A DNA stretch of 64,000 nt, from positions 5,047 through 69,046 of the forward strand of contig CBFGUK010000004.1 of NCBI GenBank assembly GCA_965651925.1. Reading direction: 5' to 3'. This DNA is from an uncultured bacterium (lineage in GTDB: Bacteria > Desulfobacterota > Binatia > HRBIN30 > CADEER01). Under the pieces are notes generated by a model, which ran no database searches, had not been told where the DNA came from, and worked only from the letters and a program-made list of their open reading frames with translations. Positions 62,399-64,000 of this stretch are shown piece by piece (positions within the stretch are counted from its first letter, which is position 1; each line of letters opens with the position of its first letter). A program made the position numbers and the translations under genes.

Positions 62399-62857
62399 AT
62401 GAATCGCTCCGTGAAGTTCGGCATCGGCGCGAGCCTGCTGGTCGCGGCCATCGGGTACCTCATGTTCGCCGGTCTGCAGACGTCGTCGACGTACTACTTC
62501 ACGATCGCCGAGTTCCTGCCGAAGAAGGAGGAGCTCGCCGGTCAGGGGGTGCGCGTCGCCGGCCGCGTCCACGCGGGCTCGCTGCAGAAGCAGACGTCCG
62601 CGAAGGGCACGGAAATGACGTTCGCGATCGCCGATTTCGCGGGCCCGGACCGCGAGCCGGTGGCCGGGTTGCTGCCAGTCACCTACACGGGCGTCGTGCC
62701 CGACATGTTCGGTGAAGGGCGCGACGTGATCATCGAGGGGCAATACCGGGACGGCGTACTGCAGGCGCACACCGTGCTGACGAGCTGTCCGTCGAAGTAC
62801 GAACCGGGCAGCGAGCCGGGAGGGGAAGGGGCGCCGGCACAGTCGGCGAGCCGCTGA
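62399..62857 (+). CDS. ccmE: Cytochrome c maturation heme chaperone CcmE (CxxxY type)
   Basis: N-terminal TM, VRVAGRV, YTGVVPDMF, LTSCPSKY. Confidence 0.9.
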   Translation: MNRSVKFGIGASLLVAAIGYLMFAGLQTSSTYYFTIAEFLPKKEELAGQGVRVAGRVHAGSLQKQTSAKGTEMTFAIADFAGPDREPVAGLLPVTYTGVVPDMFGEGRDVIIEGQYRDGVLQAHTVLTSCPSKYEPGSEPGGEGAPAQSASR

Positions 62858-64000
62858 TGCTCGAGCTCGGCCCGCTCAGCCTCCACCTGGGCCTCGTCCT
62901 CGCGGTCTACGCGATCGTCACCTCGCTCGCCGGCGCCTGGCGCGGGCGGCGCGACCTGGTCGCCAGCGGCGAACATGCCGCGCTCGCCGTGTGGGGCTGC
63001 GTGCTGGTCGCCACCGCGGCGCTGCTGCATGCGCTGGCGCTGCGCGATTTCCGCATCGAGTACGTCGCCGCCTACAGCAGCAGCACGCTGCCGCTCTACT
63101 ACACCGTCGCCGCGCTGTGGGGCGGACAGAAGGGCTCGCTGCTCTTCTGGCTGCTGATCCTGACCTCGATCACCGCGGTCGTCGAGCTGCAGAACCGCGT
63201 CCGCAACCGCGAGCTGATGCCGTACGTCACCGCGGTGCTGATGAGCATCGCGACGTTCTTCCTGCTCATGGTGGTGTTCATCACGCCGCCGTTCGAGACG
63301 CTCGCCGTGCCGGCGAAGGAAGGGCGCGATCTCAATCCGCTGCTGCAGAACTACTGGATGACGATTCATCCGCCGTCGCTGTATCTCGGCTTCGTCGGCA
63401 TGTCGGTGCCGTTCGCGTTCGCGATCGCGGCGCTCGCCACCGGCCGGCTGGGCGACGTGTGGATCCGCACCACCCGGCGCTGGACGCTGTTCGCCTGGTT
63501 CTTCCTCTCGCTCGGCAACCTGTTCGGCGCGCTGTGGGCGTACGAGGTGCTCGGCTGGGGCGGCTACTGGGCATGGGATCCGGTCGAGAACGCCGCCTTC
63601 ATGCCGTGGCTCACCGGCACCGCGTTCCTGCACTCGGTGATGATCCAGGAAAAGAAGAACATGCTGAAGGTGTGGAACATGGTGCTGGTCATCCTGACCT
63701 TCGCCCTGACCATCTTCGGCACGTTCCTGACCCGCAGCGGCGTCATCTCCTCGGTGCACTCGTTCACCCAATCGGGGCTCGGGCCGTTCTTCCTCGGGTT
63801 CCTCGGCCTCATCCTCGCGGTGTCGGTCGCGCTGCTCGTCTGGCGCCTGCCGCTGCTGCGCAGCGAGAACGAGCTCGACTCGCTGCTGTCGCGCGAGTCG
63901 GCGTTCCTGTTCAACAATCTCATCCTCGTCGGCATCGCGTTCGCGGTCTTCTGGGGCACGATGTTCCCGGTGATCTCCGAGTGGGTGCGCGGCGTGAAGA
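62857..64000 (+). CDS. ccmF: Cytochrome c heme lyase CcmF (runs off window)
   Basis: Manual translation: LWGGQKGSLLFW, LNPLLQN, IHPP, WAYEVLGWGGYWAWDPVENA, LTRSG, SVHSF. Confidence 0.95.
   Translation, partial: MLELGPLSLHLGLVLAVYAIVTSLAGAWRGRRDLVASGEHAALAVWGCVLVATAALLHALALRDFRIEYVAAYSSSTLPLYYTVAALWGGQKGSLLFWLLILTSITAVVELQNRVRNRELMPYVTAVLMSIATFFLLMVVFITPPFETLAVPAKEGRDLNPLLQNYWMTIHPPSLYLGFVGMSVPFAFAIAALATGRLGDVWIRTTRRWTLFAWFFLSLGNLFGALWAYEVLGWGGYWAWDPVENAAFMPWLTGTAFLHSVMIQEKKNMLKVWNMVLVILTFALTIFGTFLTRSGVISSVHSFTQSGLGPFFLGFLGLILAVSVALLVWRLPLLRSENELDSLLSRESAFLFNNLILVGIAFAVFWGTMFPVISEWVRGVK

Overview
High-GC bacterial chromosomal window around the replication origin. Gene content suggests a Deltaproteobacteria-like lineage such as Binatia or Myxococcota (inference). 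It holds dnaA-oriC-dnaN-gyrB-gyrA without recF, a 10-gene Mrp Na+/H+ antiporter operon, hemL with a split F0 ATP synthase operon, an orphan ParB, leuCD, hflX, groESL, rmuC, polB, an exosortase pair, yacG-lpxA and ccmEF. No transposase, integrase, tRNA, rRNA or CRISPR array was recognised. The best candidate for an undescribed system is a co-oriented block at 36733-42888: LuxE-like synthetase, LuxC-like reductase and class-III aminotransferase, followed by an MBOAT, an SGNH/DltD-like protein and a 36-aa DltX-like peptide ending FVYVAF. Other notable signals are several intergenic elements with 7-nt periodicity and mostly inverted arms, a B. subtilis-style DnaA-trio unwinding site, an ACP/acyl-CoA dehydrogenase/sigma54-activator operon, an aldo/keto reductase with a CxxC-TM-TM-CxxC N-terminus, and a possible structured RNA at about 46959-47103. 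All calls are by eye from motifs, and several start codons were re-chosen relative to the ORF track.
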